A stretch of DNA of 64,000 nucleotides from a virus. Every line of letters starts with the position of its first letter. Within the stretch, counting starts at the first letter, position 1. This document shows positions 11,601 to 18,179 of the stretch, in pieces. The stretch covers positions 1-64,000 of IMG/VR virus record IMGVR_UViG_3300032157_000006; one strand, given 5' to 3'. A model generated the notes under the pieces. The model worked only from the letters and a program-made list of their open reading frames with translations. It was not told the DNA's origin and did not search any database. A program made the translations under genes and the position numbers.

Positions 11601-14600
11601 AACGTGTGGTTGGCCAATATAGACGCGAAGGAGCTGGACAAGAACCTCGGCGCTTTCAATTTTGCAAGCACCGTCCACAACTACGTGAAACAGTTCCTGC
11701 TCGCCGTGAAGGCCGAGCGGATCGTGCAGCACGTGGTCAAGGGAATGAACGAGGAAAACCACGAGGGTACGCAGCAGAAGTTCGTGATCGGCCTGGAGAA
11801 CACGATGGAGGCCGCCCTCGACGATTTCACCGAGATGGAGTCCGTAAAATCAGGCGATTCCATGGCTGGATATTCATGGCGTTCCGTGCTCCAGCGTGCC
11901 GAACGCCGCGCGCGCACGGTGAGCCTCAAGATCGTCGGCACGAATAAACGCATCCGAGTGGTGCTGCCGCTGGAAATTATTCCCGGCCACGTGCAGGCGA
12001 GCTTCCGCAGGGCGCAGACGAAGATCGAAGCCTACGAGTCGGCGCTGCCGGCCAGCCCAATCGACTTCATTCGCTGGCAACTCGGAAAGCACTACGTCTA
12101 CAAGGAAGGCGGAAAGGTGCGTGTCGCGCTCACCCCGCCCAAGGATGCGTCCGGCGTGCGGCCGTTCACCACGAGCGAGATCACCGGGCGCGAGAACATC
12201 GTCGAGTACGACGATGAGGGGAACATGACCCTCGGCAAGCGCGATGATCCGTCCAAGCGCACCACGATCAACGAGTACCAGAACGGCGGCATCGACGCGG
12301 CCATCCTGAACATCTCCGGCACCACCGGGATTTCCATGCACCCGAACGCGAAGGTGAAAGACCAGCGCGTGCGTCACATGCTGATCGCGCAGCCGCTTGG
12401 CGACATCAATGAATTCAAGCAACTCTCCGGACGCATAAACCGTACCGGCCAGGTAGAGCTGCCGCTCTACACCTTCATCGGAACCGCGCTGCCGGCCGAG
12501 AAGCGTCCCCTGGCGGTGCTGCGCCGCAAGCTGCGTTCGCTGACCTCGAACACGAAGTCGGCCACTGAGTCGATGCAGGATCTTGACCTGACTGATTTCG
12601 TCAACCAGTACGGAGATGAAATCGTCACGCGCTGGCTGCGCGAGCATCCGGAGTACGTGGACATGCTCGCCATCAAGGAAATGCCGGAGAACACAACCCT
12701 GGCAGAAGCGGCTCTATCGGTGTCTGGAAAGATCGCCGTACTGGAGGTGGTCGACCAGGCGCAGTTCTACGATGAAATCGAGCACAACTACGCCGCCTAC
12801 ATCAAGGAGCTGACCGACAGCGGAGAAAACAAGCTGATCCGGCGTGCGCTGCCTCTGAAAGCCCAGGTCCTTGGAGAGAACGAACTGGGCGAGGGCGACC
12901 CTTCCGCCAGCTCACCGTTCCTCAAAGGCTCGTTCCTCCAGAAGCTGTCGGTGGTCACGCAAAACGAGGTGCCGACGAAGGAAAAGCTGCTCGCCGACAT
13001 CGCTGATTTCTACGAGAAGGCGCCTGCCAATACGCACGACGCGCTGGTGGCCGCGATCGAGGCCGAGCTGAAGGTTCCATACGACGAAGCGACCAGCCAG
13101 GTCAGCCGCCAGATTGACGACTACGAAAAGCAGCTCACCGAGCCTGACATCCCGGAGCTTGAGCGCCAAAAGGTCGACACCACACTTCAGACCATGAAGC
13201 AGAAGGCGGCCTCGTTCGCAGCGCGCAAGCAAAAGACGCTCACCGAGCTTCGCAACTACGTGCCAGGCAGGGTGATGATGATGCACATCGACGGCGAGGA
13301 TTACACCGCCGTCGTGACCAACCTGTCGCACCAGAGCCCAGGCGCCATCGGCCATGGCAATCCCTACGCGCCATCGCGCTTTCGCCTCTCTTTCGCGCTG
13401 AACGCGCCGCGCCCGCGGCTGAACCTCACGCTCGCGCGCATCGAAGCGTTCCAGGAGGGCGGCGCCAAGCTGCGCGGAGCCATGTTCGGCAACGTGCTCG
13501 GCGGCCAATACACTGAGCAGGCGCAGCGGCGCATGGAAGAAGCGTTCGATCCGACCAAAGCGAAGGCTGCGGGCGGGCGCGAGACGCGCTACATGGTGAT
13601 CGGAAACATCCCGTCCGGCTTCAACATGGTGCAAAACAAGGGTGAAATCGTCACCTTCACCTACGAGAGCGGCGATGAGAAGGCCGGCGTACTGCTGCCG
13701 CACAAGTTCAACCCGGCGAAGGACATCTCGGACTCGTTCCCGATAAAGGACATGAACGCGGGCGCCCAGTACCTGCTGGTGCCGCTCTATCGCGCGATCA
13801 AAGATGGGTTCCTCGAGGGCTACGCCGACTATGCCGAGTTCGTCAAAAAGGCGAAGGAAGATTTCATCGACCTGGAGTACAGCGGCGAGGATGCGTTCAA
13901 CATCCAGACCAACGGCCTCACCAACAATACCGGGGCCGTCACTCTGAAGGTCCGATCGCGCTCTACTGGCCTCGAGATCGAGATCGACAGCAAACTTGGC
14001 AAGAAGATCGCATCAGAAATGGTCGAGGACAAGCGCCTCCATGAGCTGATGGGAACCGAGTTTTCCAAGCGCAAGGGACAGGACTGGCAGGCGCGCGTCG
14101 ATCTGCAAAAGAACGATCTTCAGGAATTCCTACGCTACTTCGCCGGCAAATGGGGCCTGAACGTCCCGCTGCCGACGCGGGATCTGTACAAGCGGATCCG
14201 CGACACCATGGCGCGCCGAGATGAGGGCGAAATCAAGCTGATGGGCATGTCCGTGCCCACCGAACCGAAAGGAGTATCCGATGAGACTCGTAAAAAGGTT
14301 GACAACACTTCTGGCCGGCGCCTTCAGGCTCTGCGGCGCAGCGTCATGGTCGCGCTGCGTGACCGGAACGTCCCCGAAGGCATGTTCACGAAAGGTATTC
14401 TGCCTCGTGCCACTGCTGAAGGATTGAGGGAACTCGAGGACTTCCTCGGCATCACGGCGCTGCCGTTCAAGAACAACAACCCGGAAATCTTCGACTTCCA
14501 GGGCGCTACCCTGCGCTCAGACGGCGACGTGTTCTACATCAACGTAGACGCGCCGGTGCCGGCGGTTGCGCTCGCCGCCCACGAGGGGGTGCACCTCCTT

Positions 14601-17600
14601 CGCAACCGCGACGAGCGCCTGTATCAGCGCATGGTGACGCGGATCCGCCCGATGATGCAGGGGATGGACAAGTTCCGCGCCATGGTGACCGAGGGCCGCG
14701 GCGGCAAGGAAGCGTCCTGGGATCTCACCGAGGAGGAGCTGATCGCAGACATCCTTGCCGATGCGATGCTCGATCCCGTGTTCGCGGCCAAGCTCTACGG
14801 GCGCGACCCGACTCTGTTCCAGAGGATCTACTCCTACCTCATCAAGCTGCTCGACCAGCTCGGCCTGCACCTGAAAAAGCCGCGCTCGAGCCACAAGTAC
14901 GTGACCGACCTACAGGGCGCGCGCGACGTGCTTTCCAAGGTATTGAGCGAGCGCCGTGCCAACCCGCCAGTCGACGATGACACGGTGATCCGGTTCGACG
15001 CTGAGTTCACCGAGGCGATGCGCAAGGAAATCGGCAAGGACTTGGACGATGTGTTGAAGCTCATGCCGGCGCAGCCTGGCGGCATCAAGGTGATCGACAA
15101 GCAGGCCGGGCGCGAGGGGATGCTGCCGCTCAAGCGCTTCTTCTACAACCCGGTGAATGCCTTCCAGAAATTCCCGGTGATCGCCGCGCTCCAGCGCTTC
15201 GCGGTGCACATCGAAACCGATATGTCGAAGATCCAGCGCCGGTTCATGTCAGAATTCGAGGACCTGCGCAAGAAACTGTCGGACGAGCAGTGGGACGAGC
15301 TGGCTGGCGTCCTTTTCGTGGGCGATGCCGAGGCCGTGGAGTGGACTGAGGCCGATTTGCGCGAGCACGGCATCACCGACGACAAGGTGGTCACGGCCTA
15401 CAAGGAATTCCGCACCCTCATCACCAAGGTCGGGCGCCTGGTCGACATGCACCGGCGCTCGATGCTGCCTAAGTACCGCGCGCGTAAGCAGGCGCTGCTT
15501 GAGCGCATGCGCAGCTTGCGCAACATGACGGACCCGGAATTCCGTGCCCTGTACGGCCAGAGGACGAGGCTGCTGGCCAGCATTCGCGCGGGCGGCACCG
15601 CCACCATGAACGTCGAGCAGTTGCATGCCAGGCTCGATGCCGTGGAGATGCAGTTGAACGTCAAGCGCGAGGCGATGGACGAGTACCAGGACCTCCAGGA
15701 GCAGGTCGACCAGATCGACGCGATCTTGGCGCAGACCTCGATCCGGCGCCGGACCGGCTACGTCCCGCACAAGTTTTTCGGCACCTTCGCCATCTACCGG
15801 GCCCAGGAAGAAGAAGTCATCGACCCGGAGACGCTGGAAGTGGTGCGAGACGCCAATGGCGACCCGGTGACGCGGCCGATCAACGTGCTGGTGGCTGGCG
15901 AGCACGGCTTTTTCCCTACGCAGCAGGACGCGGTGGCGGCTGCGAAGAAGTACCTGGCCGACAATCCAGGCACCGAGCTGACCGTTCGCCCGGTCCAGTT
16001 CAAGTTTCCGAATTCATCGGCCACCACCCTGACCGATGCGTCCTACTGGCGCCTGCTCGGGCGCATGGGCAAGGAACTGGGCCTGCACGGGCAGGACCTG
16101 AAGGATGCCATGGAGGGCGTGGCGCGCCGCCGGTTCCGGCGCCGGATCGCCGGGTTCACCAAGATGCGGACGGGCGTGGAGGGCTTCAGCCGCGACCTCG
16201 AGCGCGTGATGCAGGCGCACTTGCAGGAGGCGAGCCGCTACGTCTACCTGGACAAGCTCAAGTACCGTGCGATCAACGACATGGAGAAGATGGGCCTGTC
16301 GCCCTTCAGGTCGACCAACCAGCAGTACCCGACCTTGGGGCCGATGGTGGAAGCGTTCCTGCGCGACATGAACGGCCAGAAATCGAGCGGCGAGGCCGCG
16401 GCCGACGAGGTGCTGGACAAGATGATGTCCTCGAAGTGGGGCTCGCCGGCCGTGATCGGCACCACCGCGGGCTCGGCCGCCGCATCGGCGCTGATGTTCG
16501 GGATCTCGACCAACCCGCTCCTTGGCCTGCTGGTAGGGTCCTACGTCGGGTATCGGTTCTACTCGTCTCTCAAGCACGGCGGGGAATTCAAGACGCGGGC
16601 GCTCACCGGCGACATGATGAGCGACATGGCGCACCTGAAGCTCGGGATGCTGCTGAACATCTCGTCGGCGATCGTGAACCTGACGCAGACGATGGTGAAC
16701 ACGCTGCCGGTGCTCAAGCCCAAGTACACGATGATCGGGTTCCAGAAGTTCGAGGCCGCCCTCAGATCCTATGTGCTCGGAAAGCCCAATTCCGACTGGC
16801 GGCTGCTCGAGCGCACGGATGCGGAATCCATCAACAAATTCGGCGAGCACAAGGGCGCCCGCGTGATTGGCACGGGCTCCGTGAAGAAGTTGTTCGACAT
16901 CCCGAAATCAAAGCTCGAGGGCCTGCGCTACCTGGAGAACGCAAAGCGCCTGGGCGCGTGGACGTCCATGCTCGCTTTCGATTCGGCAGAATCTCTCAAC
17001 CGAGGCGTGTCGTTCCTGGGCGGGTACTACCGGGCGAAGGACGAAGGCAAAACCCCCGGAGAATCCTTCCGCGAGGCCGAGAAGGTGATGCTGTTCACTC
17101 AGCACAACTACGGCAAATCGAACAAGCCGGAGATCATGCGCAACGTGTTTTTCCGCCTGCCGCTGCAATTCAAGAATTACGTCGCGCAGCAGATCGCCTT
17201 CACATTCGACATGGCGAGGAAGGCCGCAACCGGCCGCTCACTGTCGGAAGTGCCGTTCGACCGGGACGCGCTCGCCTACCACCTGACATCCCTGTTCCTG
17301 CTCACGGGCGCGATCGGCATGCCGCTCATCGGTGTGCTCGCCGCGATCATCAAGGGAATTTTCGACTACGACGTCATGGACGAGCTGAAGAAAAAGGCCC
17401 TGGAGATGCAGGCGCACGGGAAGCTCGCCGCATCAGCCGCGACCACCCTGGCGCGCGGCCTGCCAGCGGCTATCTTCGGCGAGGACCTGTCCGGTCGCGC
17501 TGGCATGGGCGAGCAGTTCCTGCCGTTCGACCCGTCCAACCCGTGGGGACCCTGGTTGGGCACGGTCAAGAACCAGATCGCGCTCGCCGAGATGCAGGCC

Positions 17601-18179
17601 GGGTTCATCGACCAGCTCCAGAACATCAGCCCGGCCGCCAAACCCTTCAAGGCGATGGAGGCCATGGCCAACGGCCTGCCGGCGCGCGACCTGATCCTGC
17701 GGCCCAAGACCTTCTTCGAGGCGCTGGCCGACGACCGGATCGACTGGACGAACCCGTGGAAGAACGGCTACACGGAGTACGACCAGACCATGATCTCCAA
17801 GCGCGACGTCATCCGCATGGGGATGGGCTCGACCCCGACCACGGTGTCGGAGCTGCGCGACGTCGAGAGGGTCGCGGTGCACGAGACGGACCAGCACAAG
17901 CGCAAGACCCGCCTGTACGTGAACCGGGTGATTGCTGCGGCGCGGCGCTACGAAAGCGACCCTGCCGAGCTGAACAAGGTCCTCGACAATGTTGCAGCGC
18001 AAATGGAGAAAGACGACTTCATGGTGTCGGCCAGTACCATGCAATCGTCCTACCGCAATGCCTTCACCCCGAGGGTGCTGCGGACCCTCAAATCGGTGCC
18101 GCGCGCTGTGAAACCTGGGATTGCGGGTATGATCGAGCCCTTGATGGACCGGCAAAAGCCAGAAGAAGCGAGGCCGTGA
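2613..18179 (+). CDS. giant multidomain 'polyvalent' protein (5,188 aa): PPase-like, two zincin HExxH modules, N6-adenine-type MTase, strawberry-notch-like helicase, C-terminal TM cluster
   Basis: Single open frame coupled at both ends (ATGA at 2613; TGATG at 18177-18181). Motifs read directly: DGDALD (5235), DFGEKMGGKRAD (6717), HEWMH (7638), DPTAGNG (8703), NPPF (8889), GVGKGRQ (10611), DESH (11151), QLSGRINRTGQ (12420), HEGVH (14580). Caveat: frame anomaly at about 9334-9666. Confidence 0.85.
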   Translation: MTIEVELHDGSIAEFPDGTPTDVMARAAGNYAGLMAPPKPPAAPRTAAQAQPVPGSSFESEMTGSPVEPLAPTSVMESFEARSAPPMPAAVPPARQFTQAQGRMDAERVVRSKFDTQLSPQEEFTFAEWKKKYAPNDSGEDYDLRGAFKSGMKPSADGHWSDEFKKPNHPTFSNQSRYAAFGDPGEWAGVWDPKTRTYTPPVGPDVFTPASAKRPANWRNDVADSAMGREPAPAAPRAPTTGEIMGQQPRLEKGSPTTFATDEGGVFVGTQDEFTKEHGKKSGVLDDAATYPDQWKYGASADIAAAARWLSQVDAEIARNDAIVQTRRVALPRALAGQQGDVARPANQADIDKANAALPILRKERDRLEMIRSGADLSLKESMPKNPSTVSKAVGSIGRSAVPTLAGVAAGMVAGPAAGFAVGIGLGAAQQGSGTFADVIEAGRDAKERLATFDAQPDRNGYLQAILSDPSAPETVLKSAKRVAETVDDIGARLKAGMLSSSAARQMTERAYGSFKRDMEFIARGADAGYANVSAGIDAIAEGVGEAIGLGPLLRTMKMTGLAKSGFLPSFAEAVVANYGQEYATQLMQTLNAHMRADPNVTLKDALEQAHEAGVGGALMGGGLHAPLYAAGKAAERAAGGQQPAPTGRPGGPPPPPPPAPGTTGDLAATLKDSRPLAEIRAEQAREQTQAMEPHVEQAAGVSSQQEMLDGEAKDGIAEAAGIPKRGEQAVITWPDGEVARGTIRDVYQVPHPNSGDTMSGAQVELENGQIIDVTTADVKIAPVPVGSNLPKDPIVVQSASDMEQARRRIDEERSNEQIIADNDRKAHVEWNAIPITLETAKGTERRDVKNTPPKWVVPQMPHDYGRIKGVKGADGDALDIALGDKYGSQQIWIIDQIDPATGKFDEHKVFGAFGSAVDAVRSYRASFADDTAPSRIGAITHMPLAQFKEELKTRDWSKPVKYVEPAAPVAQEPVETPEQEKRRQIDEGFAANRAVLGNFKKGDRVQFMQGGTFTQDDGSKREGRLVIGTVQSIQDKEQGTVKVIEDGGGDWSVAARHLIKGEPNVPTEEKPAVPETGGTTTGPTGGGYVKPELPGAEPGKEEKPAGDSGVPREGEVGVEPPAPPVAQPPVQPPAPPVAQPPAPPVAPTKKERFVVDGKVETASGRMIPAPPALRMESDRKLNVDLKKLEAWLVEQAIDEAKAIGNDLAVTMFGGARGRTLSQSDKDGMNVLLFGEEFPEFIIKKEPVVEKQPKEPKKPKEKKPELTASEKLHGEILDALENNDRDAMGKLIYQDTPVTDEMRPEIDPGDRLVRLVVKTEAKKDVQTRLMDIGFKVSDLQDVTADDGTTKNKVLRMSAIYRPSKDKIGDFGEKMGGKRADARYNPMDVDIKLSADVDAAKAVEKIIAAVAKDRIVTAEMPGQSFGQFMFMEALWHRAESPADYIARMIGGDSKADIARVYGNKPERIVALAKQYADTLLSVQKLVEGKQRVDETADALKNGLAILREDGVVTGNTPLGVEFESVWGESPTRVIGRIKHKFSTNEDSTDQTNREVKKPADPAPLAEIIRKGKDWRQGKVVTKEMFEAAFGFRGVDFGNWMTVDERQAGLNYAFDALMDLTVLTGLPAKAIGLGRTLGFGIGSRGVGNRGGRHAAATYHPDNRVINLTKTHGNGTVYHEWMHALEDYLRKYSKTTIYGINHTDKLREALRLKSNIAALESRFRAKLSEDASTGRDRNVPPKERALAWANNKTPHYVHGWWTEHYGIRARTTFNADALEMDGGKIKYWAEPHELVARAWESFTYDESKGKTPYGVGPHVADGYWTKKSGYDGTAYPAGPEREYVVTTMKRFLEALKVDDTGAITIKEGAIDVIDRQIEEAKAELARLVENVDKIMEEMGIRQHPEQKDGSMTESMFYHMRSGWWPKDKHALRTFVAQAHKKSTNEVDDLLLRQGVEDFEAAMARYAGQLIQDWKGKGLDDRAIYDRLFEMYNTQPLLDVRTSTVVMNQQYSTPLPIAYIAGVMGHVGEKTVGYDPTAGNGLLGITLNPKRFIANELDDRRYKNLTILETRAHHGDALETHERKVYKPQEADTVLMNPPFGLMTDPQKEDGYTIKRIDQWIAMSNLDAMADKGRAVLILGASRDAGVINQNELDFFHWLWINYNVVDHFEITGKLYARQGASWPIRVLVIAGRSPSKLPRPVSGAVDRLESRDDIWARVEKARDAAATPVAGGVSKRVVGAGKTVSRDGGQGKPGDVGVGVSPGVSGETGGRDAGAGAGIGAPVDTDVPGAVQPGELLPGGRGPGDVGAQPDGTSGVPAVEPGSIGTGRTGSGAPSGERAGGPDAIRDPIGGSGLTDQDLDDIFGDDAPRGPKKPKVRTKRSGPRAKAADPAKTNADDVTEAGGPMDQVNANSGDLVGAFDAIDAILNGRATAPKPFPQKKSGSSSRALVAAQHKTVENRVADQGEWWVSDLVDEVLVDAKPLLDAAPDSDVVFMGKQGPQIDATILQKLRPHFELIWKAVSEKAKAARDAAIAFRDLVVEKWGAKVLAYAKAFIVEKLRQVQAVGQKGPVNNAIENADQVFYQGLSQGKNEGVMIPRSQLEHSKRALAALDSRLRNQYPDGIDQFVKEMVGYESIAKMHEHLFGYQVDGVALQLDAMMTGKAFIVGDDTGVGKGRQAAALVVWAQKEGKIPIFMTAQDNLYSDLYRDMEGIGFDKPEWIQPSNTEWKVTNEYDEEMSSPGRGELTGNKLAVQMLKNMDGQAKPKKESKVPPASEPLTPENTAAAISELVENVKAAGEQENIDVDVSKVFPVKKRKALFTTYAQMQGPAGSTRRAVIERLVKAGKAVLILDESHKAAGESGVGKWLVKMTTDYAPPVAFFSATFAKRADSLPIYMRTDLRHVAPTVPEVIDTIVSGGPQMQVTISEMLVEAGQMVRRERSYNGIVPKFDIDENSEPVDARTMNEVTDRLRAILAANREFNAWAKQNKKQFQELVQGLFPENVWLANIDAKELDKNLGAFNFASTVHNYVKQFLLAVKAERIVQHVVKGMNEENHEGTQQKFVIGLENTMEAALDDFTEMESVKSGDSMAGYSWRSVLQRAERRARTVSLKIVGTNKRIRVVLPLEIIPGHVQASFRRAQTKIEAYESALPASPIDFIRWQLGKHYVYKEGGKVRVALTPPKDASGVRPFTTSEITGRENIVEYDDEGNMTLGKRDDPSKRTTINEYQNGGIDAAILNISGTTGISMHPNAKVKDQRVRHMLIAQPLGDINEFKQLSGRINRTGQVELPLYTFIGTALPAEKRPLAVLRRKLRSLTSNTKSATESMQDLDLTDFVNQYGDEIVTRWLREHPEYVDMLAIKEMPENTTLAEAALSVSGKIAVLEVVDQAQFYDEIEHNYAAYIKELTDSGENKLIRRALPLKAQVLGENELGEGDPSASSPFLKGSFLQKLSVVTQNEVPTKEKLLADIADFYEKAPANTHDALVAAIEAELKVPYDEATSQVSRQIDDYEKQLTEPDIPELERQKVDTTLQTMKQKAASFAARKQKTLTELRNYVPGRVMMMHIDGEDYTAVVTNLSHQSPGAIGHGNPYAPSRFRLSFALNAPRPRLNLTLARIEAFQEGGAKLRGAMFGNVLGGQYTEQAQRRMEEAFDPTKAKAAGGRETRYMVIGNIPSGFNMVQNKGEIVTFTYESGDEKAGVLLPHKFNPAKDISDSFPIKDMNAGAQYLLVPLYRAIKDGFLEGYADYAEFVKKAKEDFIDLEYSGEDAFNIQTNGLTNNTGAVTLKVRSRSTGLEIEIDSKLGKKIASEMVEDKRLHELMGTEFSKRKGQDWQARVDLQKNDLQEFLRYFAGKWGLNVPLPTRDLYKRIRDTMARRDEGEIKLMGMSVPTEPKGVSDETRKKVDNTSGRRLQALRRSVMVALRDRNVPEGMFTKGILPRATAEGLRELEDFLGITALPFKNNNPEIFDFQGATLRSDGDVFYINVDAPVPAVALAAHEGVHLLRNRDERLYQRMVTRIRPMMQGMDKFRAMVTEGRGGKEASWDLTEEELIADILADAMLDPVFAAKLYGRDPTLFQRIYSYLIKLLDQLGLHLKKPRSSHKYVTDLQGARDVLSKVLSERRANPPVDDDTVIRFDAEFTEAMRKEIGKDLDDVLKLMPAQPGGIKVIDKQAGREGMLPLKRFFYNPVNAFQKFPVIAALQRFAVHIETDMSKIQRRFMSEFEDLRKKLSDEQWDELAGVLFVGDAEAVEWTEADLREHGITDDKVVTAYKEFRTLITKVGRLVDMHRRSMLPKYRARKQALLERMRSLRNMTDPEFRALYGQRTRLLASIRAGGTATMNVEQLHARLDAVEMQLNVKREAMDEYQDLQEQVDQIDAILAQTSIRRRTGYVPHKFFGTFAIYRAQEEEVIDPETLEVVRDANGDPVTRPINVLVAGEHGFFPTQQDAVAAAKKYLADNPGTELTVRPVQFKFPNSSATTLTDASYWRLLGRMGKELGLHGQDLKDAMEGVARRRFRRRIAGFTKMRTGVEGFSRDLERVMQAHLQEASRYVYLDKLKYRAINDMEKMGLSPFRSTNQQYPTLGPMVEAFLRDMNGQKSSGEAAADEVLDKMMSSKWGSPAVIGTTAGSAAASALMFGISTNPLLGLLVGSYVGYRFYSSLKHGGEFKTRALTGDMMSDMAHLKLGMLLNISSAIVNLTQTMVNTLPVLKPKYTMIGFQKFEAALRSYVLGKPNSDWRLLERTDAESINKFGEHKGARVIGTGSVKKLFDIPKSKLEGLRYLENAKRLGAWTSMLAFDSAESLNRGVSFLGGYYRAKDEGKTPGESFREAEKVMLFTQHNYGKSNKPEIMRNVFFRLPLQFKNYVAQQIAFTFDMARKAATGRSLSEVPFDRDALAYHLTSLFLLTGAIGMPLIGVLAAIIKGIFDYDVMDELKKKALEMQAHGKLAASAATTLARGLPAAIFGEDLSGRAGMGEQFLPFDPSNPWGPWLGTVKNQIALAEMQAGFIDQLQNISPAAKPFKAMEAMANGLPARDLILRPKTFFEALADDRIDWTNPWKNGYTEYDQTMISKRDVIRMGMGSTPTTVSELRDVERVAVHETDQHKRKTRLYVNRVIAAARRYESDPAELNKVLDNVAAQMEKDDFMVSASTMQSSYRNAFTPRVLRTLKSVPRAVKPGIAGMIEPLMDRQKPEEARP
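5085..5400 (+). other. inorganic-pyrophosphatase-like segment of the giant protein
   Basis: IPITLETAKGTERRD...PHDYGRIKGVKGADGDALDIALGD...IWIIDQID..GKFDEHKVF follows the family-I PPase layout (YGxIPxT..DGDPxD..., then an acidic strand with DxK). DGDALDI deviates from the PPase signature D-[SGDN]-D-[PE]-[LIVMF]-D-[LIVMGAC] at one position. Confidence 0.35.
5973..6056 (+). repeat. in-frame proline-rich tandem repeat linker (PPAPPVAQ-type) inside the giant gene
   Basis: 28 codons read PPAPPVAQPPVQPPAPPVAQPPAPPVAP, an imperfect 8-codon unit repeated about 3.5 times. Confidence 0.8.
7330..8130 (+). other. zincin-like metallopeptidase module 1 of the giant protein (HEWMH)
   Basis: FGFRGVDFGNWM...GGRHAAATYHPDNRVINLTKTHGNGTVYHEWMHALEDYL, with HExxH at 7638-7652. 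Resembles the metallopeptidase modules described for phage/plasmid polyvalent proteins. Confidence 0.55.
8620..9200 (+). other. N6-adenine-type DNA methyltransferase domain of the giant protein
   Basis: SAM-binding motif I VGYDPTAGNGLLG (8703-8723), followed about 60 aa later by catalytic motif IV VLMNPPFG (8889-8900). Confidence 0.7.
9334..9666 (+). CDS. candidate embedded +1-frame ORF encoding a very acidic ~100-110 aa protein (or evidence of a frameshifted or split giant gene)
   Basis: Frame +1 relative to the giant ORF reads (MAVKGSPE)MSGSEYHQAFLEKLVDAMQAQGQESARQSILTFLEPFNRESYFPEDADLETWARNL... By hand count about 85% of its codons end in G/C, against about 40% for the giant frame, which here reads Gly/Pro/Arg-rich. 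Its TGA (9664-9666) overlaps an in-frame CTG of the giant frame (CTGA). Confidence 0.4.
   Translation, partial: SAAMAVKGSPEMSGSEYHQAFLEKLVDAMQAQGQESARQSILTFLEPFNRESYFPEDADLETWARNLTGLLAFPLSSPEASGPAELEAALQAVSAQEDLTLSEILSAGAA
10470..12560 (+). other. strawberry-notch/SNF2-like superfamily-2 helicase domain of the giant protein
   Basis: Walker A FIVGDDTGVGKGRQAA (10611-10628), DExH box LILDESHKAAG (11151-11162) and motif VI QLSGRINRTGQ (12420-12452). GVGKGRQ is characteristic of strawberry-notch-type helicases, which are often fused to MTases. Confidence 0.75.
14400..14800 (+). other. second HExxH zincin-like segment of the giant protein (HEGVH)
   Basis: DVFYINVDAPVPAVALAAHEGVHLLRNRDERLYQ, with HExxH at 14580-14594; downstream acidic residues (EEELIADILADAMLD). 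Confidence 0.4.
16436..17370 (+). other. cluster of predicted transmembrane helices near the C-terminus of the giant protein
   Basis: Hydrophobic runs: AVIGTTAGSAAASALMFGISTNPLLGLLVGSYVGY, LKLGMLLNISSAIVNLTQTMVNTLPVL, LGAWTSMLAFDSA, LTSLFLLTGAIGMPLIGVLAAIIKGIF. A possible PLxRFG-like motif is RLPLQFKNY (about 17150-17176). Confidence 0.5.

Noticed and set aside
16436-18178. N-terminal about 580 aa of the 746-aa + ORF 16436..18676
   Set aside because: Out-of-frame overlap with the giant gene, with an Arg/Gly/Pro/His-rich translation. Only the part after the giant gene's stop (18179 onward) is protein-like.
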